64,000 bases of DNA from an archaeon. Its GTDB lineage: Archaea; Nanobdellota; Nanobdellia; Pacearchaeales; GW2011-AR1. Of the stretch, positions 1 to 8,771 are shown one piece after another. Every line of letters starts with the position of its first letter. Position 1 is the first letter of the stretch. A model generated the notes under the pieces. The model was given only the letters and a program-made list of their open reading frames with translations, ran no database searches and was not told where the DNA came from. The translations under genes were made by a program, and so were the position numbers. The stretch spans positions 2,855 through 66,854 of the forward strand of contig JABHWZ010000009.1 in assembly GCA_018657525.1 (NCBI GenBank), in the 5' to 3' direction.

Positions 1-35
1 TGCGTATGATAATTTTCTTTTAGTCTTTTAATCCC

Positions 36-64
36 AATCTTTCAATAAATTTCTCTTTATCAAA
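36..64. repeat. downstream duplicate of the ftsY 3' end; on the minus strand it reads FDKEKFIERLGLKD-stop
   Basis: aatctttcaataaatttctctttatcaaa is identical at 36-64 and 180-208; weaker similarity continues about 9 nt further. Confidence 0.85.
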
Positions 65-169
65 TGAAATAAACCTAAGCGGTTTCCTTTCACAATCCTT
101 CCCTTCCTTTGCGGTTAGGTGGTTTCTTTTAATTGCGTTTACAGATACCACGTTTGATAAAGAATTATT

Positions 170-1411
170 TTATAGTCCTAATCTTTCAATAAATTTCTCT
201 TTATCAAAGGGTTCAATTTTGTCATATTCTTGTCCGGTTCCTAAATATAGAATTGGTCTTTTTGTTACGTGCCCTACACTTAATGCTGTTCCGCCTTTGT
301 CGTCGATATCTGCTTTGCTTAGAATTATTCCATCGATTCCAATTGAGAAATTAAATGAACGAATTTGTTCAATAGCGTCGTTTCCGGTTGTTGATTCTCC
401 GACATAGATTTTTAAATCTGGATTGCAAACTCGTGCTATTTTTTCTATTTGTGCCATTAGATTTTTTGAAGTGTGCATTCGCCCGGCAGTATCAATTAAT
501 ACACAATCTAATTTATTTTTTTCAGCGTATTTTATTGCATCAAAGCCAACTGATGCAGGATCAGATTCATATCCATGAGCAATTACTGGCACTCCTATTT
601 TCTCTCCGTGTTTTTTTATTTGTTCAATTGAGGCCGCTCTAAAAGTATCTGCTGCAGCTAAAACACATGAAATGTTTTGCTTTTTCATAGCGTCGGCAAT
701 TTTTGCTATTGAAGTTGTTTTTCCGGTTCCATTTATTCCGCAAAATAAAATGACAAAAGGTTTGGATTTATCTTCCCTTGATTTTATCTTCCCATAAATA
801 TCAAATGGTTCAATTAGGATTTCATAAATTATATCTTTAAAGGATTCCATTATCTGTCCCTCAATTTCTTTTTTTAGTAATTCTTTACCGACGACTTTTT
901 CTTTTAGTTCTGCAATTATTTTTTCTGCAACTTCAAAAGCTACATTGTTTTCTAAAAGCAACATTTCTAGTTCTTCTGCATAAATGTCAAATTGTTCTTC
1001 TGAAATTTTTACTTTTGTTATTTTTGATTTTACTTTTGAAAAAAATGATTCTTTTGTTTCTTTTTCGGTTGTTTGAGGATTTTCTTTAATTATTGTTTTG
1101 GGTTTTTCTTGAATTTTTTTTGCTGGCTTTTCTTGGATTATTTCTTTTTCAAGTTCTTTAAGTTTTTCTAAATCTGGTCTGAAGCTTTTATCAAAAACTT
1201 GAAATTTCATTGGCATTGAAATTTCTTTTTTGGATTTTTTATCTTTATTGATTTCTTTTTTTGAAGTTTTTGATATTTTTTTTGTCTCTTTTTTAATATC
1301 TTTAACAATTTTGGCTTCAGCTTTGTCTATAACTTTCTTTGTTTTTTCTTCTACGTCGCTGGTGAACTTTTTTGTCCAAGCTTTTAATTTATCTTTTAGT
1401 TTTCCAAACAT
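170..1411 (-). CDS. ftsY: signal recognition particle receptor FtsY
   Basis: SRP-GTPase NG domain motifs GINGTGKTT, DTAGR, LSKADID; Lys/Glu-rich N-terminus; no M domain. Confidence 0.9.
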   Translation of the reverse strand: MFGKLKDKLKAWTKKFTSDVEEKTKKVIDKAEAKIVKDIKKETKKISKTSKKEINKDKKSKKEISMPMKFQVFDKSFRPDLEKLKELEKEIIQEKPAKKIQEKPKTIIKENPQTTEKETKESFFSKVKSKITKVKISEEQFDIYAEELEMLLLENNVAFEVAEKIIAELKEKVVGKELLKKEIEGQIMESFKDIIYEILIEPFDIYGKIKSREDKSKPFVILFCGINGTGKTTSIAKIADAMKKQNISCVLAAADTFRAASIEQIKKHGEKIGVPVIAHGYESDPASVGFDAIKYAEKNKLDCVLIDTAGRMHTSKNLMAQIEKIARVCNPDLKIYVGESTTGNDAIEQIRSFNFSIGIDGIILSKADIDDKGGTALSVGHVTKRPILYLGTGQEYDKIEPFDKEKFIERLGL

Positions 1412-1484
1412 GTTTTTATTAGAGGTTGTTCATATAAAAAGGTTTTTAAAGAAGTTTTGTTTTAATAATTTAAAGAGAGGGGTT

Positions 1485-2927
1485 ATGGAAAAAAAGAGTG
1501 CGTTTATTTTGGGTATATTGTTTTCTATATCATTAGTTATTGCTGCGCAAGTTATTACAACTTCTGGGGGTGCAACATCTTATTCAGTTCTTGAAGATTT
1601 GACTTTTAATTTTAATATGACTGTGAATAATACTGATGTAGATGTTAACATTACTCAGGTTAATATGACTATCCCAAGTTCATTTAGTTTTTTAGTAAAT
1701 TCAAATGGCACAAATGCAGCGACTCATACTTTTTCCAATACTACTACTATTTTGACTTGGACGCATGATGGGTTGGTTCAAAATGTAACTTCTAATTATC
1801 TTTGGTTTAATGCAACTCCTGCAACTCCTGGACTTTATAATATCACTGTAACCAGTTTAAATACTACTGGAACTTCAGCAACAAATATTGCAGTTACAGT
1901 GAATGATACAAATAGTCCTTCTGAAATTAATTTTACTTCTCCAATAACTTATGGAAATTATTCTGGAACATTGATTTTGAATATTACTCTTATTGATGAT
2001 GGAACAATGGATTTGGTGTTTTTTAATGTAACAAATAGTACAGGGGGACAGAATGCAACTTATACTGCTTCAAATCCTTCTGGGAATTATTGGAATGCTT
2101 CATTACTTACTACTGATTTTGTCGACGGAACTTATAATATAACTGTTTGGTCAAATGATTCAGCCGGGAATGCTAATAACACAGTGGTTGCATCTAATTT
2201 GACTTTTGATAATACCAATCCTACTGTTACTTTTAGCTGTAGTCCTACAAGTGTGAGAAGAGGAACAGCAACTACTTGTACTTGTACTCCTGCAGATGGA
2301 GGTTCAGGAGTTAATGCAGCTTTAACTTCTCTTACTGCGAGCCCTTCAACTACAAGTGTTGGGGCGTTTACTACTACATGTACTTATGCTGATTTGGCAG
2401 GGAATACTGGGAGCACAACTGCATCATATACTGTTACAAGCGAGGGAGGTATTTCATCTGGTAGCGGAACCCCTTCTTTTTACCAAAATACTTATGTTCA
2501 TAATGAACAAGAGTTGGATGAATTTCAAAAGCAATTGAAAGTAAAAGAAAGAGTTAAATTAAAAATTAATTCGCAAACGCATTATGTGGGTATTAAAGAA
2601 TTGACTGATGAGAGTGTTACTTTGGAAATTCAAAGTGATCCAATTGAAGTTACTTTAAAAATTGGGGAAGAGAAAAGAGTGGATGTTGATGCTGATGATA
2701 TTTTAGATTTGATTGTAAAGTTAAATGGTATTACAAATAATCAGGCAGATTTAATTGTTATAGCCATAGAAGAAGGGGTGGGGGGGGAACCTGTAGGTGA
2801 GATTGTTGATGGAGTTGAAGTAACTGAAAGTGAGGAAAAAGGATCTTCAGCGGGGGTTATTATCTTAGTTATTTTAGTTGTTGTTTTGATTTTAATTGGC
2901 TTAAAATTAAAATCAGGTAAAAAATAA
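1485..2927 (+). CDS. cell-surface glycoprotein-like protein with signal peptide, very many N-x-S/T sequons and a C-terminal TM anchor
   Basis: Start moved to ATG 1485 (MEKKSAFILGILFSISLVIAAQ, preceded by gagagggg). Thr/Asn-rich body; C-terminus AGVIILVILVVVLILIGLKLKSGKK. The track's upstream extension overlaps ftsY. Confidence 0.7.
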   Translation: MEKKSAFILGILFSISLVIAAQVITTSGGATSYSVLEDLTFNFNMTVNNTDVDVNITQVNMTIPSSFSFLVNSNGTNAATHTFSNTTTILTWTHDGLVQNVTSNYLWFNATPATPGLYNITVTSLNTTGTSATNIAVTVNDTNSPSEINFTSPITYGNYSGTLILNITLIDDGTMDLVFFNVTNSTGGQNATYTASNPSGNYWNASLLTTDFVDGTYNITVWSNDSAGNANNTVVASNLTFDNTNPTVTFSCSPTSVRRGTATTCTCTPADGGSGVNAALTSLTASPSTTSVGAFTTTCTYADLAGNTGSTTASYTVTSEGGISSGSGTPSFYQNTYVHNEQELDEFQKQLKVKERVKLKINSQTHYVGIKELTDESVTLEIQSDPIEVTLKIGEEKRVDVDADDILDLIVKLNGITNNQADLIVIAIEEGVGGEPVGEIVDGVEVTESEEKGSSAGVIILVILVVVLILIGLKLKSGKK

Positions 2928-3102
2928 TTTTAAGTTATTTAAATTAACATAAATTTTTATAAAGATGAATTTCGTATTATTTGTATGTTGAAAGTAAAAT
3001 TAAAAATTTTTTATTCATTCGCTAACTCTTCGAAGGGGGTTATCAAATGAAAGCAAATAAGAAATTTTCATTCATCCAAAAAGTTAGCGGAGGTTATTTT
3101 AA

Positions 3103-4347
3103 ATGAAAGGAATATTAGTTATTTTGGATGGATTGGGAGATTTGCCTAATAATCAGTTGGGGGGTAAGACTCCGTTAGAGGCGGCTAAGACTCCCAATAT
3201 GGATTTTTTGGCTACTCGTGGAGAGTTGGGGTTTATGTATCCTGTTAAACCTGGATTTGTGCCGGAATCAGATGAAGCAATTGTTTCTATATTTAATAAT
3301 AATTTAATTTCAAGTACTCGGGGACAGTTGGAAGCGAAAGGGACTGGACTAAATCTTACTCGAGGGGATTTGGCTTTGAGAGTTAATTTCGCTACGATTG
3401 ATTCTTTGGAAAAAGGAAATATTTTGGATAGAAGAGCTGGGAGAAATTTAACAACTGAAGAAGCAGAGATTCTTTGTAAAGCATTGAATAAGATTTCTTT
3501 ACCAGTAAAGTTTGAAATTGTGCCTAGTGTGCAGCATAGAGCAGTGTTAGTTTTTCGAGGAGGATTTTCAGATAATCTTGTGGGTAACGATTTAACTTAT
3601 GTTAATGGTAAAACAAAGGGGTTTAATAAAATTCATTCTTGTGAGGTTTTAGACGAGGAGGACAATTCTCAGTATACTGTAAATATATTAAATGAATTTT
3701 TAGATAAAGCGTACGATATTTTGAAAGACCATCCAGTTAATTTGGAGAGGAAGAAGAAAGGGTTTTTGCCCTCCAACTATCTTTTAGTAAGGGGCGCAGG
3801 AATTGAAATCCCTAAATTAAAACAATACAAAAAGTGGGCATCTGTTGCTTATATGCCTCTAGAAATTGGATTTTCCAAATTATCTGGAATGAATGCTTAC
3901 GAGTTTGATTATCCCAAACTAAAAAGTTTTGATGCTTACGAAAATTTATATAACGCTTTAAAAAAAGCTTGTAAATTTTCTGTTAAGATAATTAAGAAAA
4001 TTATGAAAACTTCAGAGTATCTTTATATTCATATAAAAGAAACAGATTTGCCTGGACATGATAATAAGCCTTTAGAGAAAAAGGAGATGTTGGAATATAT
4101 TGATAAAACCTTGTTTAAGTATATACGGAAAGTGGCGCCTCCAAATGAGATTAAGGTTGTTGTGACAGGGGATCATTCAACTCCGTGTAAGCTTAAGGAT
4201 CATTCTTCTGATCCTGTTCCGGTTTTATTTTATAATAATAAAGAGGTGCCAGAAGAAAAACACTTTAATGAAAAAGAGTGTAGAAAAGGGAGAGTGGGAA
4301 GAATTCTTGGTAAGGATTTGTTGAAAAGAGTTGGTTTTTCCAAATGA
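3103..4347 (+). CDS. apgM: cofactor-independent phosphoglycerate mutase, archaeal type
   Basis: N-terminus MKGILVILDGLGD, TGDHSTP motif, length typical of ApgM; ggaggt RBS upstream. Confidence 0.85.
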   Translation: MKGILVILDGLGDLPNNQLGGKTPLEAAKTPNMDFLATRGELGFMYPVKPGFVPESDEAIVSIFNNNLISSTRGQLEAKGTGLNLTRGDLALRVNFATIDSLEKGNILDRRAGRNLTTEEAEILCKALNKISLPVKFEIVPSVQHRAVLVFRGGFSDNLVGNDLTYVNGKTKGFNKIHSCEVLDEEDNSQYTVNILNEFLDKAYDILKDHPVNLERKKKGFLPSNYLLVRGAGIEIPKLKQYKKWASVAYMPLEIGFSKLSGMNAYEFDYPKLKSFDAYENLYNALKKACKFSVKIIKKIMKTSEYLYIHIKETDLPGHDNKPLEKKEMLEYIDKTLFKYIRKVAPPNEIKVVVTGDHSTPCKLKDHSSDPVPVLFYNNKEVPEEKHFNEKECRKGRVGRILGKDLLKRVGFSK

Positions 4348-4661
4348 GCAAGATGGGGGAAGTAGATTATGCTACAAAGTGTGGAGAATGTGAGGATGTT
4401 ATTTATTTGGCTAATAATGAAAATTTTGGGTTGTGTGATAAATTAGGGGATTGTTGTGGTCCTGTTTATCGAGTTAAACTTGCCTACCAAAAATGTATTT
4501 ATGCTGCTCCTGGCATAAGGATTAATGAGAGAGAAATTTCCAATAGAATTCAAGAGGCAAAAGATAAACAAGTTGAATTTGAAAAATCTCTTCAGAGGGC
4601 TAGAGAGATAATTGCAGGATGGCCTGAGTGGAAAAGAAATTTTTTTTTAGGTACGGTTTGA
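4344..4661 (+). CDS. hypothetical Cys-rich protein
   Basis: ATGA start/stop overlap with apgM; several CxxC-like pairs; no recognised family. Confidence 0.5.
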   Translation: MSKMGEVDYATKCGECEDVIYLANNENFGLCDKLGDCCGPVYRVKLAYQKCIYAAPGIRINEREISNRIQEAKDKQVEFEKSLQRAREIIAGWPEWKRNFFLGTV

Positions 4662-4774
4662 AGATTTTCGGATCCAGAGTATGTAAGAGCAAAAGCTCGT
4701 CTCCAAATTAAGTAAGTAAATTCTCTATTTTATATCATCGCAATCAATATAAACTGGAAGTGCCTTTTGTTTAT

Positions 4775-5332
4775 ATGATAACTTACAATGATATTTACGA
4801 GGCTGCGCGAAATGAAAGATATTCAGAAAGTCTCCAACCGATTTTAAAAAGTTTTATTAGCGATGTTGCTGTTTATTTGAAGGATAAAAAAGAAGTTGCT
4901 TCAAAGGAAGATGATATTTTTGTTGATGTGATTGTTAAGAATAAAAAGCAACTTGAAAATGCAATAACTTTATTTAAGGAGTTAATGTTAAGAAGAAAAA
5001 AGAAACTTCTTGAGTTGGTTTTGGTTGCGTCTGAAACAGGGATTTCTAAACAGGATTTTCAAAATATGTTACATTTTGAAAAAGAATTATTTGAATCTTT
5101 AATGAAAAAGGTTGACGATTCAGATAAAAAATTGAATCAACTTTTAAATGGAGCAGAAGAAGGAAATGAAAAGAAAAATGGCTTAGTTTCATTTTTAGAG
5201 GATGTGGAAGAGTTTGTTGATTTAACTGGAACTTCAATTGGGCCTTTTGAAAAAGGACAGATGGCAAATCTGCCTTCAGAGATTTCTAGCATCTTAGTTG
5301 CTGATGGAAGATGCGAATTAATTGAGGGATAA
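4775..5332 (+). CDS. GINS-like DNA replication complex subunit (Gins51/Gins15-like)
   Basis: N-terminus MITYNDIYEAARNERYSESLQPILKSFISDV followed by helical repeats resembles archaeal GINS proteins. Recognised from memory only. Confidence 0.5.
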   Translation: MITYNDIYEAARNERYSESLQPILKSFISDVAVYLKDKKEVASKEDDIFVDVIVKNKKQLENAITLFKELMLRRKKKLLELVLVASETGISKQDFQNMLHFEKELFESLMKKVDDSDKKLNQLLNGAEEGNEKKNGLVSFLEDVEEFVDLTGTSIGPFEKGQMANLPSEISSILVADGRCELIEG

Positions 5333-5370
5333 TTTTAAAGGTTTATACAAAACGAAACATTTAAATAGTA

Positions 5371-5390
5371 TTATGAATAGGTATTCATAA
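5371..5390. promoter_or_regulatory. palindromic operator candidate TTATGAATA-GG-TATTCATAA just downstream of a TTTAAATA box
   Basis: Perfect 9-bp inverted arms at 5371-5390, immediately upstream of the DUF5320/DUF134 gene cluster. Confidence 0.45.
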
Positions 5391-5412
5391 GTAAATATGG
5401 AGAAAATTAAAA

Positions 5413-5532
5413 ATGCCAAATAAAGATAGAACAGGTCCGGAAGGTAAAGGTCCTAGAACTGGAAGAGGGTTAGGAACTTGCAAACCTGAGGATGAAACAG
5501 AGAAAGAGAAAGAAGAGAAGGACGAAGAATAA
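5413..5532 (+). CDS. small DUF5320-like protein (39 aa)
   Basis: MPNKDRTGPEGKGPRTGRGLGTC shares the MPxxDxTGPxGxGPxTGR motif with the next two genes. It is below the ORF-track length cutoff. Confidence 0.55.
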   Translation: MPNKDRTGPEGKGPRTGRGLGTCKPEDETEKEKEEKDEE

Positions 5533-5533
5533 G

Positions 5534-5911
5534 ATGCCTAACAGAGATGGAACTGGCCCTTTGGGAAAAGGGCCCCTGTCTGGGAGGAGAGGAATGCGTT
5601 TTTGTGGAGCAGTAGTTGGACGTCCAAGAATATGTAGAAGAATTCGAGGAAGGCCAGATGTTACTTATTTTAAGCCCGCAGGGATTCGAATGATTGATTT
5701 AAAGGAAGTTGTTTTAGCAATGGATGAATTTGAAGCTATTAGACTTGTCGATTTTGAAGGAATTGAACAATCTGTGGCTGGAGAAAAAATGAAAATTAGT
5801 CAGCCAACTCTTTCAAGATTATTGAAATCTGCTAGAAATAAACTTGCTGGAGCCATCACTAATGGAAACGCAATTAAAATTGAAGGTGGAAATTTTAAAT
5901 TCAGTAATTAA
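5534..5911 (+). CDS. DUF134 (UPF0251) putative DNA-binding protein with an N-terminal DUF5320-like motif
   Basis: VTYFKPAGIRM, LAMDEFEAIRLVDFEGIEQSVAGEKMKISQPTLSRLLKSARNKLAGAITNGNAIKIEGG; start moved to ATG 5534 (MPNRDGTGPLGKGPLSGRR). Confidence 0.8.
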   Translation: MPNRDGTGPLGKGPLSGRRGMRFCGAVVGRPRICRRIRGRPDVTYFKPAGIRMIDLKEVVLAMDEFEAIRLVDFEGIEQSVAGEKMKISQPTLSRLLKSARNKLAGAITNGNAIKIEGGNFKFSN

Positions 5912-5932
5912 ATCAAAAATGGAGGTATAAAA

Positions 5933-6160
5933 ATGCCAAGATATGATAGAACTGGACCTCGAGGAGAGGGACCAATGACTGGAAGAAAGTATGGTCCTTG
6001 TAATTCTCAAGAAGATGCTCGAGAACAAACAACTTCTGAAGATGTTCCTGTAAATGATCAAGAAAAGGGTCTAGGACGCGGTTATGGCCCTTGTGGGAGA
6101 GGGTTAGCAAATAGATTCGGTCAAGGACGTGGAAGAGGATTTGGTCGAGGACGTAGATAG
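5933..6160 (+). CDS. DUF5320-like protein with Arg/Gly-rich tail
   Basis: MPRYDRTGPRGEGPMTGRKYGPC motif; C-terminus GQGRGRGFGRGRR. Confidence 0.65.
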   Translation: MPRYDRTGPRGEGPMTGRKYGPCNSQEDAREQTTSEDVPVNDQEKGLGRGYGPCGRGLANRFGQGRGRGFGRGRR

Positions 6161-6194
6161 TTAAATTTATTAACTTATTTTTTTTATTATTTTT

Positions 6195-6374
6195 ATGAAT
6201 TTGATAAGTAGAACAATAACTGGGATATTAATTTTAATATTTAGTATTTATTTGCTTTGGCTTGCTTTCAAAGTTGTTTGGGTTTTAATTTATGCAATTC
6301 CACTTTTTATTATTGCTTGGTTTGTACTTTTTAATCAGAATGAAGATAAAATTGAAAGGAGGAAAGATAGATAA
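6195..6374 (+). CDS. small membrane protein (59 aa)
   Basis: Two hydrophobic helices (ITGILILIFSIYLLWLAF, VLIYAIPLFIIAWFVLF); TAATG overlap with the next gene; not in the ORF track. Confidence 0.4.
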   Translation: MNLISRTITGILILIFSIYLLWLAFKVVWVLIYAIPLFIIAWFVLFNQNEDKIERRKDR

Positions 6375-6697
6375 TGAGCGAGATAATAATTACAACAGGT
6401 GAAGCAGTTCCGGGTAAGAGTGTGGCAGAAATTTTAGGAGTAGTCAAGGGAAATACTGTTCGGGCTAGAAATTTGGGGCGAGATATTGGAGCAGGTTTAA
6501 AGAATCTTATTGGGGGGGAAATTAAGACTTATTCTGAAATGACTTCTCAATCAAGAGAGGAAGCATTTAATCGTATGGTGAATGAAGCAGTTAAACTTAA
6601 AGCAGATGCAATAATTGGAATGAAATTTATGACTTCAATGGTGATGGCAGGGGCTTCTGAAATGTTGGCATACGGAACAGCTGTGAAGTTGAAATAA
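6374..6697 (+). CDS. YbjQ/UPF0145 family protein
   Basis: GEAVPGKSV..ILGVVKGNTVRARNLGRDIGAGLKNLIGGEI..Y..M...REEA..RM...A..L.ADAIIGM is the typical YbjQ pattern. Confidence 0.8.
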   Translation: MSEIIITTGEAVPGKSVAEILGVVKGNTVRARNLGRDIGAGLKNLIGGEIKTYSEMTSQSREEAFNRMVNEAVKLKADAIIGMKFMTSMVMAGASEMLAYGTAVKLK

Positions 6698-6750
6698 GAT
6701 TTGATTTGGAGAAGGTAATTGAGAGTGGGAAATTTGTAATAAGGGATTCA

Positions 6751-6840
6751 GTCGCTTCGCTCTCTACTCCGTAGAACATCAATTTCTGTAGAAATTGACA
6801 TAAACCCCCTACAACTTCTGTAGAAGTAAAAGTTGCTTGG
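6751..6840. repeat. family D-long mini-element (three short palindromes)
   Basis: gtcgcttcgctctctactccgtagaacatcaatttctgtagaaattgacataaacc... matches 25271-25360; its left end abuts a 9-nt copy of the tRNA-Thr T-loop (agggattca, 6742-6750). Confidence 0.8.
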
Positions 6841-6876
6841 CCAATAGGCATACCCCAAATTGCGGAATATTGGGGC
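6839..6876. repeat. family F element, copy 1, in inverted orientation to 7276-7311
   Basis: ggccaataggcataccccaaattgcggaatattggggc is about 85 percent identical to the reverse complement of 7276-7311. Confidence 0.8.
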
Positions 6877-6936
6877 AAATTTACGTGACTTAGAATCCTG
6901 AAGAATTAATATATATTATCTTGCTTCGATAATTGA

Positions 6937-6976
6937 CACTGCTCAGTGTACCTCTTTTTGCGGAGTGCTTGGGCAA
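6937..6976. repeat. family E 40-nt mini-element, copy 1
   Basis: cactgctcagtgtacctctttttgcggagtgcttgggcaa; related copies at 35599-35638 and 58082-58118. Confidence 0.8.
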
Positions 6977-6993
6977 AGCCTGCAGAGGGATTC
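6977..6993 (-). pseudogene. partial copy of the tRNA-Thr 3' end (positions 57-73)
   Basis: agcctgcagagggattc versus agcctgcggagggattc at 7150-7166 (16/17). Confidence 0.8.
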
Positions 6994-7149
6994 CTTTATC
7001 TCCTAATCACGATTTGCACTTTTAAAAATACCTTCGGTAATTTATTAAATCGTAATTACTCGACCCCCAATTGAAAGTTGCTTTGAGTTTACGTGACTTG
7101 GAATCCTGCCAGGATTAATAATATTTAACAAAGTTAAATATTATAGATA

Positions 7150-7221
7150 AGCCTGCGGAGGGATTCAAACCCCCGACCTATTCCTTACAAGGGAATTGCT
7201 CTATCACTGAGCTACGCAGGC
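7150..7221 (-). tRNA. tRNA-Thr (anticodon TGT)
   Basis: The reverse complement folds as a cloverleaf: GCCTGCG acceptor, anticodon loop CTTGTAA, T-arm GGGGG-TTTGAAT-CCCTC, discriminator T. Confidence 0.9.
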
Positions 7222-7275
7222 ATATATAATTATTTTAGAAACAGGTATTTAAAGATTTATTCTTTGGTGTCTTAC

Positions 7276-7311
7276 GCCCAGTATTTCGCAATTTGGGTGA
7301 TGCCTATTGGC
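7276..7311. repeat. family F element, copy 2; overlaps the stop codon of rps3ae
   Basis: gcccagtatttcgcaatttgggtgatgcctattggc; see 6839-6876. Confidence 0.8.
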
Positions 7312-7966
7312 GACCTGCTTCTTCCTTAATTTCTTGAGCAGGTTTTTCTTTTTGAGTTTTTGTTACTTCTTTTTTAACAGGTTTTTTTTCCTTAACCTTT
7401 GTAGGTTCTATTTCTTTTGTCGGTGCATTTTCCAATTCTTTTTCTACTTTTATCCTTCTAATTTCACAAGACGAAAGAGGATATATTTTTTTAAGAACCA
7501 AACTTAATTTTTTTTGCAAGTTGTTTTTTAATATTTCTTCAAATACTTCATTTGCTGTTTTTGTTTTAATTTCATTAATTAATTCTTCTTTAGCTTTATT
7601 TCTCAATGCTTTTCTTACTGCTCTTGATACTTTTCTTCTTGTTACTAAAAATGGTTTTATTTTAATCTGAAAGTCTTTCGATTCTGTTGAAAATGAATCT
7701 TCAACATAATTTGTTCCTTTTCTTACTAATCTTTTCATGAAGTAAGGAAGGATTGTTAGTTTTTTTGGAACTGCAGTTGCAGTGTTATCTTGTACTTCTA
7801 TTTTCGCTTGGAGGATTATACTTTTTCCCCTTTGAAGTCTTGTTAAATCATACTTGATATGCTTACCTTTAAGTTCCTCTATTTCGAATGCCTGTAAATC
7901 AGTTTCTTTACTGATGATTGGTATTTCTACCTTAAAAAATTTCTTTTTACGTTTTGCTTGTGCCAT
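7304..7966 (-). CDS. rps3ae: 30S ribosomal protein S3Ae (eS1) with Lys/Glu-rich C-terminal extension
   Basis: KKKFFKVEIPIIS...LVTRRKVSRAVRKALRNKAKEEL...IYPLSSCEIRRIKV is the typical eS1 pattern. Confidence 0.85.
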   Translation of the reverse strand: MAQAKRKKKFFKVEIPIISKETDLQAFEIEELKGKHIKYDLTRLQRGKSIILQAKIEVQDNTATAVPKKLTILPYFMKRLVRKGTNYVEDSFSTESKDFQIKIKPFLVTRRKVSRAVRKALRNKAKEELINEIKTKTANEVFEEILKNNLQKKLSLVLKKIYPLSSCEIRRIKVEKELENAPTKEIEPTKVKEKKPVKKEVTKTQKEKPAQEIKEEAGRQ

Positions 7967-7967
7967 T

Positions 7968-8261
7968 TTAAAGTGTTTCTCCAGTTAATTTAGTTCCCAA
8001 TAATTCTTCTAAAATTGATTCTCCTTCTTTAAAATGTTCTGGTGAACCATAAGCAATAACTGGAAAAGTGTCATTTCGTATTATTGCCATTAATCCCGGG
8101 GCAATATAGTGGGGTTGAGGGGAGTATTCTCCTATATGAAGATAAGGATGTTTAATTTTTCCTTCTTTTTCCATTCTTTCTCTTCTTTGATAAAATTCTT
8201 TATCCCAAATAGATTGTTTATCAAACTCTTCTGGTGCCGAGTATCTTCTTGTTTCTATCAT
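7968..8261 (-). CDS. hypothetical protein
   Basis: ATG-initiated ORF packed between rps3ae and rpl44e; no recognised motif. Confidence 0.5.
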   Translation of the reverse strand: MIETRRYSAPEEFDKQSIWDKEFYQRRERMEKEGKIKHPYLHIGEYSPQPHYIAPGLMAIIRNDTFPVIAYGSPEHFKEGESILEELLGTKLTGETL

Positions 8262-8262
8262 T

Positions 8263-8577
8263 TTATTCTTGTTGTTGTTTCCCGGCTCTTTGGCCTTTCT
8301 TTTGATATTTAGATTTTTTACATGCTGAACAAGTATACATTATGTTTGTTTTTTTAGTTGTTTTAGTTTTACGTTTGTGTTTTGCTTGGGCTGGTTTTGA
8401 ACCCCACTTCCCTAAGTTTCCGATTCCTCTAGCCAATCCTCTTAATCTTGCTCTAATTCTTCCTCCGCCCCGCGTCATTGTTCCTCTTGCGAAACCTGTT
8501 CCAACTAGTTTGATTTTTTGGTCTGTTCTTTTTCTACAATAAGGACAAAACCTTTTTGTTGTTTTTGGAATTTTCAT
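8263..8577 (-). CDS. rpl44e: 50S ribosomal protein L44e (eL42)
   Basis: Zinc ribbon CPYCRK...CSACKK, basic composition, KHKRKTKTTKK segment. Confidence 0.8.
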   Translation of the reverse strand: MKIPKTTKRFCPYCRKRTDQKIKLVGTGFARGTMTRGGGRIRARLRGLARGIGNLGKWGSKPAQAKHKRKTKTTKKTNIMYTCSACKKSKYQKKGQRAGKQQQE

Positions 8578-8637
8578 ATTAATTTATCTTAATCTGAGTT
8601 TAAAAAGGTTTTTATATTGGTGGTCCCGTAGTTATTT

Positions 8638-8760
8638 GGGTTTCTTTTTTCAAAAAAAGAAAAGCTACAGTGTAAAAGAAAACTAAAATTGAAATCTTGA
8701 ATAAGATTTGTGAGTTAGAATCGTTTTCTCTTGCAATCCGAAGAACGATTCCTGTAGGGG
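8638..8760. repeat. family C structured intergenic element, copy 1
   Basis: Shares the hairpin series with 45339-45558 and 61571-61874; the central hairpin loop is inverted (gaat versus attc) and the last stem differs by compensatory changes. Confidence 0.8.
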
Positions 8761-8771
8761 ATTTTAATAAA

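Noticed and set aside
1230-1484. 5' extension of the surface-protein ORF proposed by the track
   Set aside because: It overlaps the ftsY coding region on the other strand. A signal peptide begins at the internal ATG 1485, which has an RBS-like gagagggg upstream.
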